A stretch of 63,631 nucleotides of DNA, counting the filler, from Octopus bimaculoides (Eukaryota): assembly GCF_001194135.2 (NCBI RefSeq). It is 6 parts of 6 records of this genome, joined end to end, with 100 filler letters (N's around TTAATTAATTAA, not from the genome) between each part and the next. Parts side by side here need not be neighbours in the genome. Positions count along the whole stretch, not along the records: positions 1 to 10,471 come from NC_068987.1; positions 10,572 to 31,703 come from NC_069002.1; 4 more parts are not named here. The stretch is one strand, 5' to 3'. This document shows, one piece after another, positions 1 to 11,340 of the stretch. Both the position numbers and the translations under genes were made by a program. The notes under the pieces are model-generated. The model made no database searches. It was not told the DNA's origin and was given only the letters and a program-made list of their open reading frames with translations. How positions within the stretch are numbered: the first letter of the stretch is position 1; every line of letters starts with the position of its first letter.

Positions 1-1395
1 CCTCTTCCTTTCTCATTCATAAACACAAGAGTATTATTATAGTAGATTATATTGGTAACCATGGGAGCTATGAAAAAATACAAAGCCCAGCAAAACTATC
101 GGATCATTCTACACATCAGTGTAATTTTTTGCGCAATTCCACCCACCGATTTGACCGAGAATCCCAAGACAAGAAAGAATCGCCCATGTCAAATTTATAT
201 GTATACACNNNNNNNNNNATATATATATAATTTTAAATTTAATTTTAAAATTTAAACTTTGTATGTTGGGTATGTCCCTAGTAGAATGCCAACATACCAT
301 GTTCACTGCCTATGGCTACCTGGCATCATTCACAGTAATTGCACTATCCTCATTGGATCTACGTTAGGAATTCTTCAGTGCACATTGAGTATAGTAGAAA
401 CAATGGATACAGAAAATAGAGTATACTGGAAACTTCATTTATCACAATGCTCATTTCGACACATCCTGCATCACTCTCTCATGGGTGAGAAACTATAAAA
501 TGAATTATGGTGCATCCTATGGTGCAGAAGCATCTCATCAGGTGATGTAACTCATTTTCTCATCATGTAAGTAATGTTTCACTCTTAATCTTAACTACAG
601 CATGTTGATAATAGTCATTGAGAAGGAATGGCAAAGAATAGATGAAGTTCCTCAGCTATGAGTACAAACAGGAAGTAATTAAAAAAGAATACAATACAAA
701 GAATAAGGTAAAAATAAAGCATACAATAAATTAAAGTTTAACACACTATAAGGTGCGTCAGTGTCTGTCCGGCGCATCTGTAGACTAGCTTCTGGTAATA
801 AATCCTCTGATAGTTAGCCATCCTTGTCAAGCATGATGCTGTGGGCTAGACATATTTCTGGATGGTGGTAAGGTCATTACACTTAATGGCTATTGGGCAC
901 ACATCTAGATCCCAACATATGCCTATATACACATATATGTACACACACACACACCCATTTATACATGCATGTGTGCCATTTCACATACATACATAGACTT
1001 ATCAATATATATACACATCAACAGGTGTATAGATGCATATACATCCACATGTACATAGATACATTCATATACATGCACACACACACACACACACATAGAC
1101 ACAAATACATATATGTGCACATGTGAGGGCACATATGCACATTTGTTTGATCATACGTTAATCACTATGTGAGTACACACTAATACTAGTACTGCAACAA
1201 ACACTTATGTACATATTTGTACATACACACATTATCATCATCATCATCATTTAACGTCCATTTTCCATGCTAGCATGGGTTGGACGGTTTGAGTGAGGTC
1301 TGGAGAGCTAGCAGCTGCACCAGGCTCCAATCTGATCTGGCAATGTTTCTTCAGCTGGATGCCCTTCCTAATGCCAACCACTCCGAGTGTGTAGT

Positions 1396-1920
1396 GGGTA
1401 CTTTTTACATGCCACTGGCAAAGGAGTCAGTCATGGGGTACTGACATTGGCCAAGTTCAAATGGTGCTTTTTACATGCCACCAACACAGGAGCCACTCAG
1501 GGTGTACTGGCATCGGCCAAGTTTGGATGGTGCTTTTTACGTGCCACCGGTATGGGAGTCAGTCAGGGGAGACTGGCATCAGCCAAGTTTGGATGGTGCT
1601 TNNNNNNNNNNTTTGGATGGTGCTTTTTACGTGCCACCGGTATGGGAGTCAGTCAGGGGAGACTGGCATCAGCCAAGTTTGGATGGTGCTTTTTACATAC
1701 CACCAGTCAGGCAGTCCTAGTATTGATAACGTTCAGATAGTGCTTTTTATGTGCCACTGGCATGGGAGCCAGTCAGTAGGTACTGACATCGGCCATGTTC
1801 GGATGGTGCTTTTTACATGCCACTGGTATGGGAGCCAGTCAGGGGACGCTGGCATCGACCATGTTCAGATGATGCATTTTATGTGCCACTGACATGGAAG
1901 CCAGTCAGGGGGCACTGGCC
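1396..1920. repeat. 66-bp tandem repeat in the RTE 3' UTR, about 8 units (one probably an assembly duplicate)
   Basis: The motif tggtgctttttac recurs at 1462, 1528, 1594, 1618, 1684, 1738 (short unit), 1804 and 1870. Confidence 0.9.
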
Positions 1921-2667
1921 ACAGCTACGATTTTGGTTTTACTTGACTCAACAGGTCTTCTCAAGCATATCATATCACCTGACGTATCAGAGGTACTCTT
2001 AAATGGGCCGGACATGCAACACTGGCATTGGCTATGGCTGTGATCTCACTTTAGCTGCCAGGTCTTCTCAATCAAAGCATACCTCCAAAGGTCTCAGTCT
2101 CCTGTCATTGCCTCTGTGAAGCCCAATGTTCAAAGGTCATGTTTCACCACCTCATCCCATGTTTTCCTGGGTCTACCTCTTCCACAGGTTCCTTCCATAG
2201 TTAGGGAGTAGCACTTCCTCACACAGCTGTCCTCATCCATTCATAACACATGACCATACCAGCACAGTCGTCTCTCTTTCACACCACATTTGATGCTTCT
2301 TATGTCCAATGTTCTCTCAGAGCACTTACACTCTGCCGTGTGTGCACATTGACATTACACATCCAGCAGATCATACCAGCTTCATTTCTTTCAATCTTAC
2401 GCATGTCCTCAGCAGTCATGGTCCATGTTTCACTGCCGTGTAGCATGGCTGTTCGCACACATGCATCATACAGTCTACTTTTCATCCTGAGTGAGAGGCC
2501 CTTAGTTGCCAGCAGAAGTAGGAGCTCCCTGAACTTTGCCCAGAGCAACCACCCCCACTACAGACTTGGTTACTTAGGTAGTGAAAGCTATTAACTACTT
2601 CTAGTTTTTCCCTTTGGCATGTGATGGAATCTGTTTTCTGTACATCTTCAGTGTTTATTGCCCCTGT

Positions 2668-2799
2668 GCATCTACCACACACAAAAACTGTCTTCCTTGT
2701 TAACCTTCCTTTGATATTGCTGCACCTCTTATGTGTCCACAGCTTAGACCAGGTACATCGTACAGAGTTTCTACCTACACCTTTTCTACAGATCGAGCA
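2668..2799 (-). other. PHD-type (C4HC3) zinc finger embedded in RTE ORF2
   Basis: CSIC-x10-CTWS-x4-HKRC-x14-CGRC. The fourth Cys position is Ser (TCT, one change from TGT). Confidence 0.7.
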
Positions 2800-4403
2800 G
2801 GGCCATCTACTTGAAGGGGTTTGTGATTTGACAGCCTTCCTACTTACTAATACTTTGGTCTTTGCTAGGTTAACCCTAAGGCCCTTCAATTCTAGACCTT
2901 GCTTCCACACCCTAAACTTCATCTCTAGTTCTGGCAGTGACTCGGCTATTAGAGCAAGGTCATTAGCATAAAAGAGCTCCCAGAGGCAGCCTGTCTTGAA
3001 TTCCTTTGTTATTGTCTGGAGAACTATAATGAATAAGAGGGGGCTGAGGACTGATCCTTGGTGTACCCCTACTTCTACTCGGAATTCTTTACTATAACCG
3101 TTGCCAACCCTCACCTTACTAACAGCATCCATGTACAGGGCTTGAACAGCTCTTACCAACCACTTGTCTATCCCCTGTTTCTGCATTGACCACCAGATAA
3201 GGGATTGGGGAGACTCTGTCAAAGGCTTTCTCCAACTCAACAAAAGCCAAGTACAGAGGTTTGTCTTTGGCTAGATATTTCTCCTGCTGCTGTCTTACCA
3301 GAAATATAACATCAGTGGTGCTTCTGCCTGGCACAAAACCAAACTGCATCTCATCTGGGTTAACTCTCTCCCTAATTAGTAGGGCTCTGACCCTCTCTGT
3401 AACTTTCATCACCTGATCCAATAATTTAATACCCCTATGGTTATTTCTATCTAAAGCATCACCTTTACCTTTGTAGCAGTTGACTATAGTGCTGCTAGAC
3501 CAGTCGTTGGGTATGACTCCTTCATAAACTATCTGATTTATGATGTGGGTAACAAGACCATAACCCACACCGCCTGATATTTTAAGCATCTCAGCAGTGA
3601 TTCCTGATGGTCCTGGTGTTTTTCCTATCTTCACATCTTTAATTGCTTTATCTACCGGGGTACTGTTGATTCTGGTAGCTAGTCTCTCAATTGGGTCAAC
3701 CTTTGGCAGAGTCTCCTCCTATTTATTCTCCACATTCAGCAGTCTTTCATAATGGCATCTCCAAGTCTCTTTCTTTGCAGAATCATTAAATGCAAGGGCA
3801 CCATCATCCATGCGGACACATTTCTCTCATATGACATCACGGTTTTCTCTTACACACTGTCTTGCAATCTGAAATACTTCAATTCTTTGGTCCTCACATC
3901 GCAGAACATTGGCAAACTTCTTCTTTTCTTCTACTTCCTTGGCTATATATACCTCTCTCCTAGCTTCCCTTTTTGCTATCTGATACATTCTCCTGCTACC
4001 TCCACACATACATGCATAGTCATCTGCTCCACTGGATGTGGCTATGTATACTTTTGACCTTGCGTATATATGTACATGTACATGTGTTTTTATAGAGAGA
4101 CACACACTATATACATGCCCATATAAATATATATAGAGAGAAACACATACATATAAATACACATACATGCATGCACACACACATACACACACACACATAC
4201 ATATATTCAGACACGTATATAGACTCATGCAGACCCACACATACATACATCTATACATTTATTTAAGCACACACACACATGTGCATATACACATATTCCT
4301 CCATCTACGCACATATATGTCAGCACTTTCAGATTGGGTTACTTTCCACGGTGTGTCCAGTGAAACACCACAGTTGGGTGAAACAATGAAACAGTAAGGC
4401 AAT

Positions 4404-4671
4404 TGTTGTGGCATGAGTCATGACACTCCCTGCGAGAAGAGACTTGACCAAACAATTATAAATAGTAGTGATTTGAGTGAGAGACAGAGTAGGCATTAAT
4501 CACAGGAAGTCGTAAGGTGTTGTTTTGGTAGTTTGTCAGAAGATTGTTTGCTAGTTTGTGGAGAGTTCATGGAGAGTTTGTTGGATTGTTACATTGTTGT
4601 TACCCTGTTTCATTATATGTTTTATTGTTATAGTGTAAAAAAGTATCGTCATAAATATTGTCCATACTACA
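4404..4671 (+). mobile_element. 5' LTR of a Ty3/gypsy element
   Basis: Starts TGTTG and ends CTACA, followed 4 nt later by a PBS and then gag. The left boundary is approximate because there is no 3' LTR to compare. Confidence 0.6.
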
Positions 4672-4675
4672 ATAT

Positions 4676-4688
4676 TGGTGACAAGGAT
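4676..4688 (+). promoter_or_regulatory. Primer-binding site, tRNA-Ser(GCU)-type
   Basis: TGGTGACAAGGAT equals TGGCGACGAGGAT (complement of the tRNA-Ser(GCU) 3' end) with two CpG transitions. Confidence 0.65.
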
Positions 4689-4741
4689 TCGAAGCTCACA
4701 CATGTCAGTTAACAAATTTTTGTGATACAAAGTTGTTAATG

Positions 4742-7550
4742 ATGGAAGACTTATTAGCTTCTATAATACAGTTGTAAAAACAGCAGCAAGAACAGCAACA
4801 GGAGTTGCAGAAACGACTACTTCAGCAACAAGAAAAATAACAGCAGCTATGTCTGAAGAAGTCCAGAAACACTATAAGTTTTTCTCCAGATGGCATATTG
4901 AACTCTATGTCAGAATTCAGTTATGACCCAGTGGAGGGTATAACGTCTGCAGCATACTTTAGAAGATACAAAATCTTCAGGGAAAATTGCAAGTTGTGGA
5001 CGGACAATGAAAAAGTAAGACTACTATTACATAAATTAGTGCTGGCTGAACATAAAAAATATTATAATTTCATACAATCCCAAAAAACTAGAGAAATTTG
5101 TTTCCAGGAAACAGTCGAACTACTATTAAAGATATTCCCTATTTAACACTCAATGGGAGTGTTGGAATCTAGTTAAAAAAGAGGATGAAGACTTTGTTAT
5201 GTATGCCAGGACTGTAAACCGAATGTGCAAAAGGTTTAAATTGAAAGAACTAACTCCTGATATGTTTAAGTGCCTCATTTTTGTGCAAGGGCTTACGGTA
5301 AACAAAGATGCAGAGAATTCCCACAAAACTTGAACAAGCAGACCAAAGTTTAACTCTGCAGACAGTTGCAGAGGAGTGTCAAAGAATGGTAAACTTACAT
5401 CAGAATGTAAAGAAAATTGAATAGAAGGAGTACTCACAAGTACAAGCATGTCAACCGAGAAGGTATAAACAAAAAAAAAATGTTAAGACCAAACCAATGC
5501 TACAGATGTGGAGCCCTACATTTCAGGAAGGATTGTCCTTTCAAAACATAAAAATGTTACAGTAGCCAAAAGTTAGGAAAGTCAAACATAATAATTCTAA
5601 AGTTTTCTCAACAGAAGGTAGAAGCGATACCAAAAAGAGGAAATTTGTACATGTAAGAGTAAATGAAGTGTATATTAAATTACAACTAGATACTGGTAGT
5701 GACATCTTGATTATTAATACTGACATATGGAAAAGAATTGGGAAACCTTTGTTAAGAAAAACATCAAAAATTGCACGAGGCAATATTATTTTTGCAAAAT
5801 TAAATGGTGGCAAAGTATTTTTGCAAAATTAAATGGTGGCAAAGTATTTTCAAAATTGGATCTGTCTGATGCATATCTGCAAATTAAAGTAGACAAGAAA
5901 TGCTCTAAGCTTCTAACAGTGAATATGCACAGAGGACTATACAAATAAAATAGATTGCCATTTGGTCTGAAGGTTGCACCTGCAATATTTCAACAGGTTA
6001 TGGATATGATGTTGGTGAACTGTCAATTTGCAATTCCATATCTCAATGATGGATTAATCAGAAGTGAATCTCGTGATCAGCATATTGAACATGTGAAGTG
6101 TATTTTTCAAAAAATAAGAGATTACAGTTTCACACTCAATGAGGAAAAATGTGAATTCTTTTTGCCCAAAATTAAATATTTAAGACAAATGATAGATAAA
6201 AATGGAAGATGACCTGACCTGTTGGGGCAGATGCAATTAAAAATATGCCTCCCCCAACTAACATAGTGACATTACAAGCTTTTCTTGGCCTAGCGAACTA
6301 TTATCAAAATTACATACTAAACATGTGTGAATTGAGAGCTCCATTTAATAATTTGCTGAAGAAAGACGCCAAATGGAATTGGTCAAATAACTGTCAAAAG
6401 GCATTTCAGGATATGAAAAAATATTAATTTTGGATTTGTCGCTGGCTCATATTGATCCTGCAGCAGAGAGTGTAGTAGCTTCTGAATATGGTGTAGGAGC
6501 AGTTTTGCTACACAAATATAAAGACAGTAATAAGAAGGTGGTGGTCCATACCTCATATGCTCTGATTGCAGGCAGAAAAAAACTACAGTCTGATAGAGAA
6601 AGAAACTCTAGTGATTATTTTTGTTATAAAGTAATTTCACAGATTTCTCCACGGTAGAAGTTTTTGGCTTCAGACAGACCACCAACCGCTACTATCAATT
6701 TTCGGATTGAAGAAAGGAATTCCTACACATTCAGCTAACAGATTATGATGCTGGGGTACAATATTGTTAAATTACGACTTTAAGATGGAGTACATTCCTT
6801 CTAAGAAAATTGGCCATGCAGATTGTTTATCTAGGGTAATTCTGAAGAAAGCGGAACCAATGGAAGATAAGGTAATAGCCACATTACAATCAAGAAAGGA
6901 AATTAAAAACATTATGTGTAATGTTATTCAGGAGTTGCCAGTGAATGTACAAGACATAAAAAGTAAATCAGTGGAGGACAAATACATCATAAACATGAAG
7001 GAAACCCTGAAAAATGAACAGTAGAGAAACACAAATGTAAAGCATTTTTCATTCTGTGATGATGCATTAATGTATGCACAAAGAGTGGTAGTACTAACTG
7101 CGCTACAGAAACGGATATTACATGAATTTCATAGTGGACACTCGAAGATGTCAAGAATAAAAGCTTTGATAAGGAGTTACGTGTATTGGCTGACAATGGA
7201 CTGAGACATTGAAAATTTGGTAAAATCATGAAGAGGTTGTGCACCACCAGCCAAGGCACCATTGGTGAAATACCAATCCTGGACTGAGATGGACAGTCTG
7301 TGGTCCAGGGTACATTTAGACTATACTGGACCAGTGAATAGTGCCTACTACTTGATCATTGTTGATAGATTTACCAAGTGGCTGGAAGTATGTAGGTGCA
7401 GTAAACCTACTTTCAAAGCAACAATGAAGTTCCCGCACAGAATTTTTGCTTGATACGGTGTTCTGGACACCATGGTATCAGACAATAGAAAACAATTTAC
7501 AGGATACGAGTTTAAGAAATTCTGAAAAATGCATGCAATCAAGCACATGA
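4742..7550 (+). pseudogene. Decayed Ty3/gypsy gag-pol (Mag-like): gag, Zn knuckle, protease, RT, RNase H, integrase; 3'-truncated
   Basis: Gag FSYDP...YFRRY. Knuckle CYRCGALHFRKDC at 5498-5536. Protease LQLDTGSDI (DTG 5689-5697). RT IFAKLNGGKVFSKLDLSDAYLQI, PFGLKVAPAIFQ and YLND. RNase H ASEYGVGAVL and TDHQPLLSIF. Integrase WSRVHLDYTGP and VSDN. Many stops and frameshifts. Confidence 0.95.
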
Positions 7551-7620
7551 CGGATATTTGTCCTAATCTTGTTGGTTGTTATGCCCTCCAGCTTTCATCA
7601 GGTGTCTTGAGGGTTCTCAT
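7551..7620 (-). repeat. Degenerate copy of the hammerhead-bearing PLE-associated repeat seen at 39612-39797
   Basis: cggatatttgtcc...ccctccagctttcatcaggtgtcttg matches the left arm at 39620-39700, but the GAAAC-containing segment is deleted. Confidence 0.8.
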
Positions 7621-7624
7621 TTCT

Positions 7625-8125
7625 AAGGTTGTTGTTGTTATTGTTGTTGTTGTTCTTGTTGTTCTTGTTATTCTTGTTATTGTTCTTGTTGTTGATGTTG
7701 TTGTTGTGGTTGTTGTTCTTGTTGTTCTTCTTGTTCTTGTCCTTGTTGTTGTTGTTGTTCTTGTTCTTGTTCTTGTTGTTGTGGTTGTTGTTGTTGTTGT
7801 TGTTGTTCTTCTTCTTCTTCTTCTTCTTCTTCTTCTTCTTGTTCTTCTGCTTGTTCTCGTCCTTGTTGTTGTTCTTGTTCTTCTCGTTCTTCTTCTTCTT
7901 CTTGTCCTTCTTGTTGTTGTTGTTGTTGTTGTTGTTGTTCTTGTTCTTGTTGTTGTTCTTGTTGTTGTTGTTGTTTTTGTTGTTGTTGTTGTTGTTTTTG
8001 TTGTTGTTGTTGTTGTTGTTCTTGTTCTTGTTGTTCTTGTTGTTCTTGTTGTTGTTCTTGTTGTTCTTGTTGTTGCTCTTGTTGTTCTTGTTGTTCTTGT
8101 TCTTGTTGTTGTTCTTGTTGTTCTT
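7625..8125. repeat. Compound (GTT)n/(CTT)n trinucleotide microsatellite, about 500 bp
   Basis: Directly visible. It explains the poly-V/L and poly-N/K ORFs. Confidence 0.97.
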
Positions 8126-9316
8126 AAAGAATAAAAAGTTTAGGAAGGTATAACAATGCAATATAGAACAAAAAATGGACTGTATACCTGTTGTATCTTG
8201 GTAAACTGTAGTCCGATGATATTTCAGAATTAGAATTCCTTCTTCAGATTTTATTTGCTGGAGTCTCTGCTATAAACTGTTTTCCAACGGTTTTTCTTTT
8301 TTCTGAAGCGTCTCAGGAGTGGTCTCACAAAGCTTCTTCTGGAATTCCTCATGAGAAGTGCTTGAGGTCGGCTGTTTCAATCTCGTGTGTGTTGTGTTGT
8401 TACATCTGTGGCGCTGCTTCTAAGTTATGTGTTATATGTGCAGCTTCTCATTTCTTTTTTTTTTGTTATAAACAATACATGAGCATGTTATTNNNNNNNN
8501 NNNNNNNNNNNNNNNNNNNNNNNNNNNNNNNNNNNNNNNNNNNNNNNNNNNNNNNNNNNNNNNNNNNNNNNNNNNNNNNNNNNNNNNNNNNNNNNNNNNN
8601 NNNNNNNNNNNNNNNNNNNNNNNNNNNNNNNNNNNNNNNNNNNNNNNNNNNNNNNNNNNNNNNNNNNNNNNNNNNNNNNNNNNNNNNNNNNNNNNNNNNN
8701 NNNNNNNNNNNNNNNNNNNNNNNNNNNNNNNNNNNNNNNNNNNNNNNNNNNNNNNNNNNNNNNNNNNNNNNNNNNNNNNNNNNNNNNNNNNNNNNNNNNN
8801 NNNNNNNNNNNNNNNNNNNNNNNNNNNNNNNNNNNNNNNNNNNNNNNNNNNNNNNNNNNNNNNNNNNNNNNNNNNNNNNNNNNNNNNNNNNNNNNNNNNN
8901 NNNNNNNNNNNNNNNNNNNNNNNNNNNNNNNNNNNNNNNNNNNNNNNNNNNNNNNNNNNNNNNNNNNNNNNNNNNNNNNNNNNNNNNNNNNNNNNNNNNN
9001 NNNNNNNNNNNNNNNNNNNNNNNNNNNNNNNNNNNNNNNNNNNNNNNNNNNNNNNNNNNNNNNNNNNNNNNNNNNNNNNNNNNNNNNNNNNNNNNNNNNN
9101 NNNNNNNNNNNNNNNNNNNNNNNNNNNNNNNNNNNNNNNNNNNNNNNNNNNNNNNNNNNNNNNNNNNNNNNNNNNNNNNNNNNNNNNNNNNNNNNNNNNN
9201 NNNNNNNNNNNNNNNNNNNNNNNNNNNNNNNNNNNNNNNNNNNNNNNNNNNNNNNNNNNNNNNNNNNNNNNNNNNNNNNNNNNNNNNNNNNNNNNNNNNN
9301 NNNNNNNNNNNNNNNN

Positions 9317-10338
9317 GTTATATTCAGTTTGAAATCAAGTAATGATAGTGATCCAGTGATGTCGGGATGTTCTATAGTGAACTTTATGTTCATGTCCATG
9401 TTATTGAACGTTGTGAATATTCTTTCAGCCTCTTCACGTGAGGTTGTGAGTATGAGGATGTCATCTACGTACCTGGTGAAGAAGGCGCATGAGCGGCAGA
9501 TGTTGAGTGCTCGACGTTCCAGATGGTTCATATATGTGATGGCTAGTAGGCCCGAGAGACTGGATCCCATGGGGAGACCTGTTGTCTGTTTGTATATATG
9601 CTCCTGGGAAGCAAAGTAGGTGTTGTCCATGATGATGGACAAAAGTTGGTGTATATCAGCTGTGGTAAGTCCGAGGCATTGGATGTTGGACGTTATTATG
9701 CAGTCAGTCGATAGGTTGACCGCTGAGTGTGCTGGTACCGTTGTGTACATTGAGACAACATCAAGACTAAAGGCATATCTGTTTTGCCTGAGTTGGTCTA
9801 GGGGTAATTGGTGTAGTCTTTTAATGACTTCGTCGGAGTTCTTGATGTGTCCCGGAAAGGTGAAGAGAATGGGTTTCAAGATGTGAGAAAGTAACCAGGA
9901 TATTTTATATAGAGGTCCTTCTATGCTGGAGACGATGGGTCTAATCTGGGTCGTGTTGCTATTCTTGTGTGTTTTAANNNNNNNNNNGGAGACGATGGGT
10001 CTAATCTGGGTCGTGTTGCTATTCTTGTGTGTTTTAATGAGGTAATAAAATCTAGGTAGTCTACTGTTCTTTGTGATGAAGTTGTTCTTGAATTTACTAT
10101 GTATTTGTCTCCGTCTACAGATGTTCATCCATGCGGTATTAATTAGGTCTTCAATCCTGGTCGCAGTTATATCTGTCACTTCAGAATATAGTCTGTCATT
10201 GCTTAAATGTTCTTGTGCCAGTCTATCATATATTTCATGAGAAATCACGCAGATTTCTTTTCCTTTATCTGATGGTAAGTATACAAGGTTGTAGTGACGC
10301 CTTAAATAGCAGACAACATTTCCGGAAAGCTTATCCAC
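9317..10338 (-). mobile_element. Penelope-like element RT domain, open frame; the C-terminus falls in gap 8493-9316
   Basis: PSDKG, RLPRFYYLIKTHK, IRPIVS, SLDVVSMYTTVP (9733-9768), GLPMGSSLS (~9562-9579), RYVDDILI (YVDD 9460-9471) and IKFTIEH...LSLLD. No stop across about 1 kb. Confidence 0.93.
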
Positions 10339-10471
10339 GCATGCGCAGGGACTGGTTCCGGAGGGAATACAGGAAGAGTCTCATGCGCATGCGTGGTCAT
10401 TCAACATCCAAGCTTCGCGGGGTTTTTCATTCTCTTTCTCGGCCGGCCGACGAAGGGCCGGGACGTCGTCA

Positions 10472-10571
10472 NNNNNNNNNNNNNNNNNNNNNNNNNNNNN
10501 NNNNNNNNNNNNNNNTTAATTAATTAANNNNNNNNNNNNNNNNNNNNNNNNNNNNNNNNNNNNNNNNNNNN
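10472..10571. other. Artificial scaffold-joining linker 1
   Basis: 44 N + TTAATTAATTAA (stops in all six frames) + 44 N = 100 bp, identical in all five occurrences. Confidence 0.95.
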
Positions 10572-10700
10572 TATATACAGAGCAAGACATATAAGGAGAG
10601 TTGAATAATAGATATAAAGACGAATACACTGTCGCACATAGTTGGAACACTTTATATACGCAAACAAACACAGAAACACACAGATATATATGTATGTATG

Positions 10701-10741
<41 letters not shown>

Positions 10742-11236
10742 TCTCTCATACACAAACACATACACACACGCATATCAGCTTATATGATTATACGTGTGTG
10801 TGTATATGGTTGTGTGTGAGCGTACCTTTTCTTCTCATTTTTTCGTTCTACCTCCCTCTCAGCCTAGCAGCGTCACTATCTCTCTTTCCTTCATTCTCTC
10901 TCTCTTTATCTCTTCCCCTCTCTCTCTATCTCTCCCCCCCCTCTCTCTCAATATTTCTTTAAATATATATCCTTGTATCATCTATAATTTTTATCTCAAC
11001 TCACCTCTTGCTTTCGCTTTCGCTTTCTGTGTATGTGCGTATATATGCATGTATGTACGTAAATATGCATGTATGATTATATATAAGCGTGCATCTGTCT
11101 CCTCCCCATTCCCTATCTGTATATGTTTTACTGTTTTTCGGTATATCGATATACTAACAAACATACATATATATATTATATATATATTATTTATATATAT
11201 ATTTATATATAGACATATATAGACAGATAGATATAC

Positions 11237-11269
<33 letters not shown>

Positions 11270-11286
11270 TATATATATATATATAA

Positions 11287-11340
<54 letters not shown>

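Larger units (their letters stand above)
1233..4057 (-). mobile_element. RTE-clade LINE, 5'-truncated and frameshifted: RT, C-terminal region, 3' UTR and (TGA)n tail
   Basis: Consecutive minus-strand ORF pieces carry RT motifs: KTPGPSGITAEML, NHRGIKLL, QFGFVPGRSTTD, AFVELEKAFDRV, GVHQGSVLSPLLF, LFYANDL, GLRVNLAKTK and LYDACVRTAMLHGSETW. The RTE C-terminus (GRPRKTWDEVVKHDL) lies near 2130-2180. The element ends in (ATG/TGA)n at 1233-1250. Confidence 0.93.

Noticed and set aside
1528-1690. Two identical 66-bp units around the 10-N gap at 1602-1611
   Set aside because: Probably the same overlap artefact, so the true copy number may be one lower.
7529-8161. Long poly-V/L and poly-N/K ORFs
   Set aside because: They are translations of a (GTT/CTT)n microsatellite.
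9938-10037. Duplicated KTHKNSNTTQIRPIVS in the PLE RT
   Set aside because: Identical sequence on both sides of a 10-N gap (9978-9987) indicates an unmerged contig overlap.
10516-10527. TTAATTAATTAA as a piggyBac target or regulatory palindrome
   Set aside because: It always sits between two runs of exactly 44 N, so it is synthetic.
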